A program made the position numbers and the translations under genes. Shown here in pieces: positions 10,555-18,857 of a stretch of DNA of 56,638 bases. Below the pieces are notes generated by a model. It was given only the letters and a program-made list of their open reading frames with translations, ran no database searches and was not told the origin of the DNA. How positions within the stretch are numbered: position 1 is the stretch's first letter; each line of letters starts with the position of its first letter. Origin of the DNA: a virus. Taxonomy: Duplodnaviria; Caudoviricetes. The stretch spans positions 1-56,638 of the IMG/VR virus record IMGVR_UViG_3300042402_004196; one strand, written 5' to 3'.

Positions 10555-11799
10555 ATGAGTACAATCTTTGTTCAAATTGCATCTTTTAGGGATCCCCAAC
10601 TTAATCCAACAATTAAAGATATGTTGGAAAACGCAAAATACCCAGAAAATTTAAGAATAGGAATTTGTAATCAATATAATCCGGAAGACGATTTTAATCT
10701 TGATGAATATAAAGATGATGAAAGATTTAGAATTGATGATATAATTGACACAGATTCAAAAGGTGTTTGTTGGGCTAGACATATGGTTCAACAAAGATAT
10801 AGTGGAGAGACTTATACATTACAGATTGATTCTCATATGAGATTTGTAAAAAACTGGGACGAAGAAATGATCCAGATGATTAAGGACCTACAAGATAAAG
10901 GTTATAAAAAACCATTACTAACAGGTTATGTTTCATCATTTGATCCGGATAACGATCCAAAAGGAAGAACACAGGAACCATGGAGAATGACATTTGATAG
11001 ATTTACACCGGAAGGTTGTGTTTTCTTTTTACCTGAAACAATACCTGGATGGAAAGAATTAAAGGAGCCAATAACCGCAAGATTTTATTCGGCACACTTT
11101 TGTTTTACATTAGGACAGTTTGCAACTGAAGTACAACACGATCCAAATTATTATTTTCACGGAGAAGAAATTTCAATTGCTGTTAGATCATATACACATG
11201 GTTATGATTTATTTCATCCACACAAAGTTTTGATCTGGCATGAATATACAAGAAAAAATAGAACAAAGCATTGGGATGTTGATAAGGAGTGGTTTAAAAA
11301 GAATGACGCATCACATAAAAGAAATAGAGAATTACTTGGCGTTGACGGAGAAACATTTTCTGGTGATACAAGTTTTTATTATGGAACAGAAAGAACAATC
11401 AAGGATTATGAAAAGTATTCCGGAATTTTATTTGAGAGAAGGGCCGTACAACAATACACCGTAGATAAAAAATACGCACCAAATCCATATGAATTTAAAG
11501 ATGAGGTAGAATGGAAAGAAAGTTTTCTTTCAATATTCAAACACTGTATTGATTTATCTTTTGATATGGTTCCAGAAACAGATTATGATTTTTGGGTTGT
11601 AGCTTTTCATAACGATAAAGATGAAACATTATTTAGAAGAGATGCTGACCCGACTGAAATTTCAATGATGATGAAGGATCCGGATCGTTATTGTAAAATA
11701 TGGAGAGAATTTAATACTACTGAAAAACCTAAATATTGGGTGGTATGGCCACACAGTGTGTCAAAGGGGTGGAGAGATAGAATAACAGGTAATTTGTAA
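10555..11799 (+). CDS. GT60-like polypeptide/hydroxyproline GlcNAc-transferase (Skp1 Gnt1-like)
   Basis: IFVQIASFRD, SKGVCWAR, LQIDSHMRF DxH motif, SAHFCF, FHGEE, WHEY. Confidence 0.8.
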   Translation: MSTIFVQIASFRDPQLNPTIKDMLENAKYPENLRIGICNQYNPEDDFNLDEYKDDERFRIDDIIDTDSKGVCWARHMVQQRYSGETYTLQIDSHMRFVKNWDEEMIQMIKDLQDKGYKKPLLTGYVSSFDPDNDPKGRTQEPWRMTFDRFTPEGCVFFLPETIPGWKELKEPITARFYSAHFCFTLGQFATEVQHDPNYYFHGEEISIAVRSYTHGYDLFHPHKVLIWHEYTRKNRTKHWDVDKEWFKKNDASHKRNRELLGVDGETFSGDTSFYYGTERTIKDYEKYSGILFERRAVQQYTVDKKYAPNPYEFKDEVEWKESFLSIFKHCIDLSFDMVPETDYDFWVVAFHNDKDETLFRRDADPTEISMMMKDPDRYCKIWREFNTTEKPKYWVVWPHSVSKGWRDRITGNL

Positions 11800-11803
11800 G
11801 AAC

Positions 11804-12511
11804 ATGGAATATGCGTTTGCCACTTTTTGTTTTGGTGATAGATATCAAAAACAAACTAATAGATTAATTGAGAGTTTAGAAAAAACTAACATTAAAAAAG
11901 AAATTTTTGTTATTACAGATGATGAAAGTAAAATAAAAAACTTGCCTTGGGTCAAAGTAAAAAACATAAAAGAATATAATCCTAATTATTTAAATTACGC
12001 TAAAAATTATTTTGATTTTGATTTTTCGGTAAAAAGATATGTTTTAAGATTTGCTTTAGAAAATAATCAAACTAACATAATTTTAATTGATACGGATGTT
12101 ATTACTGGACCATCGTTCTCAGATTTAAACATAAAAAATGCTTTTATTACAAACCATATAATTGGTCCGGTTGTTTATGAGTACGAAAAAGAAGTAATAT
12201 CAAGTTCAAAATTAGGTAAAAGACTTAACCACTATGAAAAAATATTTGGTGTAGATTTAAATAAAACCGGTATGTGGATGCCGGAAGACTGTATTCAATT
12301 TCTAAGTATAGAAAAAAATATTTTTGGTAAATTTTTAGATACTTGGGATAAATGTATTGAAATAAAATATAAAGATAGGTTACCAAATGTTCCTGCTGGA
12401 AATATAGATGAAATGTGTTTTTCGGCTTTATTACATGGTATTGGGGTTGGTAATAACTCAGATAAATCGGTTAATATATTAACCGCTAATCACGATATTT
12501 GGTATAGATGA
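11804..12511 (+). CDS. Putative GT-A fold glycosyltransferase
   Basis: VITDD, K.Y.LR, IILIDTD DxD motif; lies in the GT operon. Confidence 0.5.
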   Translation: MEYAFATFCFGDRYQKQTNRLIESLEKTNIKKEIFVITDDESKIKNLPWVKVKNIKEYNPNYLNYAKNYFDFDFSVKRYVLRFALENNQTNIILIDTDVITGPSFSDLNIKNAFITNHIIGPVVYEYEKEVISSSKLGKRLNHYEKIFGVDLNKTGMWMPEDCIQFLSIEKNIFGKFLDTWDKCIEIKYKDRLPNVPAGNIDEMCFSALLHGIGVGNNSDKSVNILTANHDIWYR

Positions 12512-14172
12512 TCACATTAGTTACAGGTTTATGGGACATAGGTAGAGGTGAGTTATCGGATGGTTGGTCACGATCATACGAACATTATCTTGATAAGTTT
12601 TCACAATTGTTAAAAGTAGAAAACAATATGATAATTTTTGGAGACAAAAGGTTAAAAGAATTTGTTTTCCAACACAGAGAAGAACATAACACACAATTTA
12701 TTTTAAGAGAATTATCTTGGTTTAAGAATAATGAATTTTATCCTCTAATACAAAAGATAAGAACAAATCCATCTTGGTATAATCAAGTAGGTTGGTTAAA
12801 AGAATCAACACAAGCTCGTCTTGAGATGTATAACCCACTTGTAATGTCAAAGATGTTTTTATTACATGACGCAAAACTTCTTGATAGATTTGATTCAAAA
12901 TTAATGTACTGGATTGATGCTGGACTTACAAATACGGTTCATCCGGGATATTTTACTCACGATAAAGTTTTAGATAAGATAGAAAAAAAGTTTAACAAGT
13001 TTACATTTGTATGTTTTCCATATGATGCTCACACCGAGGTTCATGGGTTTGATTATAAAAAGATGTGTGAGTTGTCCGGAAAAGACACAAAGATCGTTAC
13101 CCGTGGGGGATTTTTTGGTGGAGATAAAGATTCAATCTCACAGATGAATGTTCTTTATTATGATTTAATGTCATCAACATTAAAGTCCGGATATATGGGA
13201 ACAGAAGAATCTTTATTTACAATTCTTCTATATCAAAACCCATCACTTATTGATTACTGTGAAATTGAATCAAATGGATTGGTATACAAATTTTTTGAGG
13301 ATATTAAAAACAATACTGTTGTATTAAAAAACGAAGGAAAGAAAGTTGTAACAAATTATAATGGAGATGTTGGTTTATATGTAATCACATTTAACTCACC
13401 AAAACAATTTGAAACTTTAATAAAATCAATGTTGGATTATGATTCAAACTTTATTCATAAAACAAAAAAGTTTTTACTTGATAATTCAACCGATCTTTCA
13501 ACAACACCAAGGTATAGAGAACTATGTGATGAATACAGATTCCAACATATAAAGAAAAATAATATTGGGATAACTGGTGGTAGAGTTTTTATTGCCGATC
13601 ACTTTGATAAACAAGATGACCTTTATTCTTATTTTTTCTTTGAGGATGACATGGAATTTTATAATGGAAAAGATATAACTTGTAAAAATGGTTTTGTAAG
13701 AAAGATTGATAACCTGTTTGACAAATCAATTGAGATTATTAAAAAAGAAAACTTTGATTATTTAAAGTTAAACTTTACCGAATTTTACGGATCACACAAC
13801 AAACAATGGGCGTGGTATAATGTTCCTCAAGAATTTAGAGAAAAACATTGGCCCGATAACCCAAAACTTCCAAAACAAGGTCTTGATCCTTATTCACCAA
13901 ACCTGGAGTTTAAACATATAAAATCACATAAAGGATTACCATATGTTTCTGGTGAAATATATTTATCCAACTGGCCAATTCTTATGACAAAAGAAGGAAA
14001 TTATAATTGTTATATTAAAACAAAATTCCAACATCCTTATGAACAAACGGTGATGTCTCATTGCTATCAAGAAATGGTAAAAGGAAATATTAAACCCGGA
14101 TTACTACTTACAACACCAACAGAACATAACCGTTTTGATTTTTATGAAGGTTCGTTAAGAAAAGAATGTTAG
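12508..14172 (+). CDS. HtrL/WlaTC-like protein fused to a C-terminal GT-A-like domain
   Basis: ITLVTGLWDIGR, YWIDAG, RGGFFGG, GTEES; C-half has N.GITGGR and FFFEDD. Confidence 0.65.
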   Translation: MITLVTGLWDIGRGELSDGWSRSYEHYLDKFSQLLKVENNMIIFGDKRLKEFVFQHREEHNTQFILRELSWFKNNEFYPLIQKIRTNPSWYNQVGWLKESTQARLEMYNPLVMSKMFLLHDAKLLDRFDSKLMYWIDAGLTNTVHPGYFTHDKVLDKIEKKFNKFTFVCFPYDAHTEVHGFDYKKMCELSGKDTKIVTRGGFFGGDKDSISQMNVLYYDLMSSTLKSGYMGTEESLFTILLYQNPSLIDYCEIESNGLVYKFFEDIKNNTVVLKNEGKKVVTNYNGDVGLYVITFNSPKQFETLIKSMLDYDSNFIHKTKKFLLDNSTDLSTTPRYRELCDEYRFQHIKKNNIGITGGRVFIADHFDKQDDLYSYFFFEDDMEFYNGKDITCKNGFVRKIDNLFDKSIEIIKKENFDYLKLNFTEFYGSHNKQWAWYNVPQEFREKHWPDNPKLPKQGLDPYSPNLEFKHIKSHKGLPYVSGEIYLSNWPILMTKEGNYNCYIKTKFQHPYEQTVMSHCYQEMVKGNIKPGLLLTTPTEHNRFDFYEGSLRKEC

Positions 14173-14199
14173 TCGCTATATTTATAGTAAAAACATTTA

Positions 14200-14661
14200 A
14201 TGGAATTTTTCATCAAAAAAAATGCAACACTTCCTGTTTTAAAAATGCAAGTTGTTAAAGACGGACGCAGTGATTATAATAATTTCATGGATTTTATTGA
14301 GGAGTCTGCAATATTTTTTTCTATGACTGACATAGAAACCGGTATTCCAAAGATTGTTACAAGACCGGCAGGATTTGTAAAAAAAGAATTAATGGATCCA
14401 AATGCACCATTTGAGTATTATGTTTACTACCAATTTCAATCAAAAGACACAAGAAAAGTTGGTAGATATGAAGGTCAGTTTCTTTTAAGAAATAACGATG
14501 GTGTTTTAATTCTTCCAATAAGAGATAAACTATTTATAAACATACAGGAAAGTTTCATAGCTGATGATCTTCCGTATGAAAGTTGTTATGTTTCAGAATT
14601 TCCTTGTTGTTTAAAAACACCTGTGATTCCAGTAACAACAACTACAACAACAATAATTTAA
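14200..14661 (+). CDS. Putative virion structural protein (BppU N-terminal-like) with a Thr-rich tail
   Basis: FFIKKNATLPVL, YQFQSKDT..GRYEGQF; upstream TATTTAT; precedes fibre genes. Confidence 0.5.
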   Translation: MEFFIKKNATLPVLKMQVVKDGRSDYNNFMDFIEESAIFFSMTDIETGIPKIVTRPAGFVKKELMDPNAPFEYYVYYQFQSKDTRKVGRYEGQFLLRNNDGVLILPIRDKLFINIQESFIADDLPYESCYVSEFPCCLKTPVIPVTTTTTTII

Positions 14662-14821
14662 AATAAAAAATGGCAAATAAAAGAATATCACAATTACCTT
14701 ATGTTGGAAACACAGGTTACACCGTAAATGACATAATGCCAATTGTAAACTACTTGGGTGTTACAAGTGGAACAACAAAACATACACCAATATCAGATCT
14801 TAAAAGTTATATTTTAAGTGG
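14661..14821 (+). repeat. 161-bp direct repeat, copy 1
   Basis: Matches 16494-16654 with 2 mismatches seen. Confidence 0.9.
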
Positions 14822-16466
14822 TGTGACTTCTTTATATGAAGTTGGTTCTGGTGCTGGTTCAACACAAAGAATCGGTCTTAATAATGATGCTAGTGGAGAT
14901 TGTTCTGTTATTAGTGGTGGACAAAATAATACGGCAAGCTCATCTTATTCAACCGTTGGTGGTGGTGTTGGTAATACGTCTATCGGTAAATATTCAACGG
15001 CATCTGGTGGTTTTTACAACTCAGCTGAAGGGTTTTACTCAGCTGTAAGTGGTGGTCGACAAAATATTGCAAATTGTGATTATTCAACAATTAATGGTGG
15101 TAGAGCTAATACAACACTTGGATGTTACACAACAATTGGTGGTGGGGCTTCAAATAAAACATCTTGTGATAATTCAACGGTAAGTGGTGGCTACAATAAT
15201 AAATCATTAAGGCCAAATTCAAATATTGGTGGGGGTATTAATAATATAAACTTTGGTGATTCATCTGTTATAAGTGGTGGGGATTCAAACGAAATTGGTC
15301 AAGGTGCCGGTTTATCTGGGACTATTTTAGCTGTTAAATTAATAAGTTATACTGGTACCGGAGTTTCTGACGGTGTTTATACCTCAAACGGAACAACAGG
15401 TAGTGGGACAGGCGCAGTTTTTGAAATTACTTTTAGATCAAATAAACCAACGGTTACCGCAATACTTAACGGTGGGTCAAATTATATTGTTGGTGACGAT
15501 GTTGTTTTACTAGGGTCAGATTTCACATTCGGTACAACACCCCAAAATGACATAATTTTAGATGTCTCAGCTGTATCAACAGCAATACCAGGAATTAGTG
15601 ATGTTATTGGTGGTGGACAATTAAACACAATTACAAGTTGTTTTAGTTTTATTGGTGGTGGTGCAAATAATACATCATTTGATTGTAATTTTACATTCAT
15701 TGGTGGTGGTGTAAACAACACAATAAATTCTTGTTGCTCAACAATTGTTGGTGGTGACACAAATAGAATAGTTGGGTCGTCAACAAGTTCAATAATTGGT
15801 GGCGGTACACAAAATATAATATTAAACAACTCAAATAACTCTTTTATTGGTGGTGGTATTTCAAATACCAGTAATAATGCTTGTTCATTTATTGGTGGTG
15901 GAAATAATAATTACACAACCGGATTTAACAATGTAATTGGTGGTGGATACTTTAATTCAACATGTTCATGTTACTCTTTTGTTGGTGGTGGTGGTTCAAA
16001 TGGTGCTTTAGGTGGTCACTCAGTTGTTGTTGGAGGTGTTGGAAATGGTTCATCAAATAGTGCGTCAGTTGTTGTTGGGGGCTCTTCTAACCGAGCAACA
16101 GGTACTTGGTCATTTGTTGGTGGTGGTCAGTCTAATACTTCATTTAGTCAACATTCATTTGTTGGTGGTGGGTTTCTAAATACAGCAAGTGGTTATAGAT
16201 CAACAATTGTTGGTGGTGGTGGATCTTGTGATGCGTTATCAAATAAAACAGTTGGTAATAGATCGGGTATTTTAGGTGGATTTAGTAATATAGTTCTTCA
16301 CGATTGTTCATTTATTGTTGGTCAAAGTATTACAACATCATGTCCAAATACAACATATGTCAATTGTTTAAATATTGTGAGTTTACCAACAGAAGCAAGT
16401 TTACCTCTTCCAACAGGAACATTATATAGATGTACATCGGATAATTCAATTTATTCGGTACCATAA
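14670..16466 (+). CDS. 14-aa Gly/Ser-repeat fibre/adhesin-like protein
   Basis: MANKRISQLP N-terminus, SxIGGGxxN repeats, one NGGSNY insert. Confidence 0.75.
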   Translation: MANKRISQLPYVGNTGYTVNDIMPIVNYLGVTSGTTKHTPISDLKSYILSGVTSLYEVGSGAGSTQRIGLNNDASGDCSVISGGQNNTASSSYSTVGGGVGNTSIGKYSTASGGFYNSAEGFYSAVSGGRQNIANCDYSTINGGRANTTLGCYTTIGGGASNKTSCDNSTVSGGYNNKSLRPNSNIGGGINNINFGDSSVISGGDSNEIGQGAGLSGTILAVKLISYTGTGVSDGVYTSNGTTGSGTGAVFEITFRSNKPTVTAILNGGSNYIVGDDVVLLGSDFTFGTTPQNDIILDVSAVSTAIPGISDVIGGGQLNTITSCFSFIGGGANNTSFDCNFTFIGGGVNNTINSCCSTIVGGDTNRIVGSSTSSIIGGGTQNIILNNSNNSFIGGGISNTSNNACSFIGGGNNNYTTGFNNVIGGGYFNSTCSCYSFVGGGGSNGALGGHSVVVGGVGNGSSNSASVVVGGSSNRATGTWSFVGGGQSNTSFSQHSFVGGGFLNTASGYRSTIVGGGGSCDALSNKTVGNRSGILGGFSNIVLHDCSFIVGQSITTSCPNTTYVNCLNIVSLPTEASLPLPTGTLYRCTSDNSIYSVP

Positions 16467-16493
16467 TTAAAACTAAAACATATTTACAAATAA

Positions 16494-16654
16494 AAATAAA
16501 AAATGGCAAATAAAAGAATATCACAATTACCTTATGTTGGAAACACAGGTTACACCGTAAATGACATAATGCCAATTGTAAACTACTTGGGTGTTACAAG
16601 TGGAACAACAAAACACACACCATTATCAGATCTTAAAAGTTATATTTTAAGTGG
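16494..16654 (+). repeat. 161-bp direct repeat, copy 2
   Basis: Matches 14661-14821. Confidence 0.9.
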
Positions 16655-18521
16655 GATAACAACCGGATCAACACAACTTTATGAAGTTGGTTCCGGAACA
16701 GACTCAACACAAAGAGTAGGTGTTAGCTCCGATGCTAGTGGGGATTATTCTGTTGTTGGCGGAGGTTCAGGTAACACATCAACAGCAACGGCATCAGTTG
16801 TAAGTGGCGGAGGTTTTAATACCTCAAGTGGTTTTGGTTCAACAATTGCTGGTGGAGGTTTTAACACTTCAAATAATACAGGATCAACAATAAGTGGTGG
16901 TTTTTGCAATACAACGGTTGGCGCGTTATCAACAATAGGTGGTGGTTTTAGTAACACAACAAGTGGCCAATCTTCAACAATAAGTGGTGGTGGTGGTAAA
17001 TTCGGAAATAAAGCAAGTGGCGACTCATCAACTATCGGTGGTGGTGGTGACAACACAACAAGTGGTGTTTATTCAACGATAGGTGGTGGAAGTTTTAATA
17101 CTTCAAGTGGTATTCTTTCAACGATAGGTGGTGGTGCAAATAACACATCAAGTGGAAATTATTCTTTTGTTGGTGGAGGATTTAGAAATACTACATCAAA
17201 TTACTACGCAACAATAGGTGGAGGACGACAAAATACATCAAGTGGATATTTTTCAACCGTAAGTGGTGGGTATTTTAACACAGCAACTAATTATACCTCA
17301 ACTGTAAGTGGTGGACGGTATAATACAGCAAGTGGTTGTTACTCAACTGTAGGTGGTGGACAATGTAATAAAACAGCAACAATAATTAATACAATTAGTG
17401 GTTATTATAATGCAACATATAGTGGAGTAATATCTGGAACATACACCGTTAGTCCTTCATCAACAAGTTCTGGTTATGGTACTGGATCCTCATTTAATAT
17501 TGGTTTATTTTATAACACAATTAGTGCATATAATTCTCCAACATATGCCGGTTCAACTGTCAGTGGATATTATGGTCCTTTTGCACCAACAAGTGCGGGA
17601 ATACCTGGCGGATCTGGTTCACAATTTAGTTTTAATTTCTCACCAGCAGGAACATTATCAGGTGTTTATATAAATAATGGTGGTCAAAATTATACAAATG
17701 GAGACACACTTACATTTAACGGAACTTTATTTGGTGGGGGATCAGGAACGGATGATGTAACTATAGGAATAACAACATCAACATATTTTAATATAGCATT
17801 AAACAATGGTGGTCAAAATTATACAAATGGAGACACACTTACTTTTAATGGGACTTTATTTGGTGGCCTTAACCCTACTGACAATGTTGTTTTTCAAGTA
17901 ACTACTTTTTCAGATGGTCAATTATCAACTGTTGGTGGAGGACAATGCAACACATCAAATGGTAAAAATTCGACCGTAAGTGGTGGATTTGGAAATACAT
18001 CAAGTTGTTGTTACTCAACAGTAAGTGGCGGACGATCTAACACATCAAGTGGATATTATTCAACAATAAGTGGCGGACGATCTAACACATCAAGTTGTAT
18101 TTCCTCAACTGTAAGTGGAGGACGAAATAACACATCAAGCGCAACTTATTCAACCATAAGTGGTGGATATGGAAACAAATCAATTGAGGGTTTTTCAACC
18201 GTAGGTGGTGGACGACTAAACACATCAAGTGGAGATTGTTCAACCATAAGTGGTGGATATGGAAACAAATCAATTGGGTGTAGTTCAACAATAAGTGGTG
18301 GTATTTATAACACATCAATAAATGGTTGTTCGGCAATACTTGGAGGTCGATGTAATACAGCACAGCACGATTGTTCATTTATTGTTGGTAGCGGAATTTT
18401 TAGTACCGCAGCAAATACAACTCACGTAAACTGTCTACACTTTAGTAACATACCAACAAGCTCAGCTGGTCTTGCACCAGGAACTGTATGGAGTAACGGA
18501 GGAGTATTAAATATAGCGTAA
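16503..18521 (+). CDS. 14-aa Gly/Ser-repeat fibre/adhesin-like protein
   Basis: Same N-terminus as the 14670 gene, NTSSGxxSTxSGG repeats, double NNGGQNY insert, C-terminal GLAPGTVWSNGGVLNI. Confidence 0.75.
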   Translation: MANKRISQLPYVGNTGYTVNDIMPIVNYLGVTSGTTKHTPLSDLKSYILSGITTGSTQLYEVGSGTDSTQRVGVSSDASGDYSVVGGGSGNTSTATASVVSGGGFNTSSGFGSTIAGGGFNTSNNTGSTISGGFCNTTVGALSTIGGGFSNTTSGQSSTISGGGGKFGNKASGDSSTIGGGGDNTTSGVYSTIGGGSFNTSSGILSTIGGGANNTSSGNYSFVGGGFRNTTSNYYATIGGGRQNTSSGYFSTVSGGYFNTATNYTSTVSGGRYNTASGCYSTVGGGQCNKTATIINTISGYYNATYSGVISGTYTVSPSSTSSGYGTGSSFNIGLFYNTISAYNSPTYAGSTVSGYYGPFAPTSAGIPGGSGSQFSFNFSPAGTLSGVYINNGGQNYTNGDTLTFNGTLFGGGSGTDDVTIGITTSTYFNIALNNGGQNYTNGDTLTFNGTLFGGLNPTDNVVFQVTTFSDGQLSTVGGGQCNTSNGKNSTVSGGFGNTSSCCYSTVSGGRSNTSSGYYSTISGGRSNTSSCISSTVSGGRNNTSSATYSTISGGYGNKSIEGFSTVGGGRLNTSSGDCSTISGGYGNKSIGCSSTISGGIYNTSINGCSAILGGRCNTAQHDCSFIVGSGIFSTAANTTHVNCLHFSNIPTSSAGLAPGTVWSNGGVLNIA

Positions 18522-18544
18522 TAAATAAAAATAAAACAAAAAAA

Positions 18545-18727
18545 ATGGAAATCAAATTATTATTTAAGTATGAAGAACCAATTACAATTGGTGATCACAA
18601 AGTAAAAGCGATTAGACAAGTACCAAGAGGAATTAGATTCAGAACTGAAAATGGGCCAGTTCTTAAAGAGGTTGAATTTAAAGAAGTTTGGACTGAGCAA
18701 GAATTACACGCTTTATTGTTAAATTAA
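18545..18727 (+). CDS. Small hypothetical protein
   Basis: 60-aa ORF with A-rich leader, followed by a terminator. Confidence 0.6.
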   Translation: MEIKLLFKYEEPITIGDHKVKAIRQVPRGIRFRTENGPVLKEVEFKEVWTEQELHALLLN

Positions 18728-18739
18728 AAAATTAAACCC

Positions 18740-18769
18740 ACCCCAATTAAAAGTTGGGGTTTTTTATTT
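18740..18769 (+). terminator. Intrinsic terminator
   Basis: ACCCCAA/TTGGGGT stem plus T run; same hairpin sequence as at 1452. Confidence 0.7.
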
Positions 18770-18799
18770 GACATTAGTTAGGTAAATCAATATATTTAT
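18768..18799 (+). promoter_or_regulatory. Promoter of the polB gene
   Basis: TTGACA (18768) - 17 nt - TATATT (18791), overlapping a TATTTAT. Confidence 0.6.
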
Positions 18800-18857
18800 T
18801 TAGGTAAGGTAAATGTCGTTTTACACGACAGCAAATGAACCACTCAAAAAATATATT

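Noticed and set aside
14661-16654. Diversity-generating retroelement TR/VR pair
   Set aside because: Only 2 mismatches, located at 5' ends rather than C-termini, and no reverse transcriptase in the window
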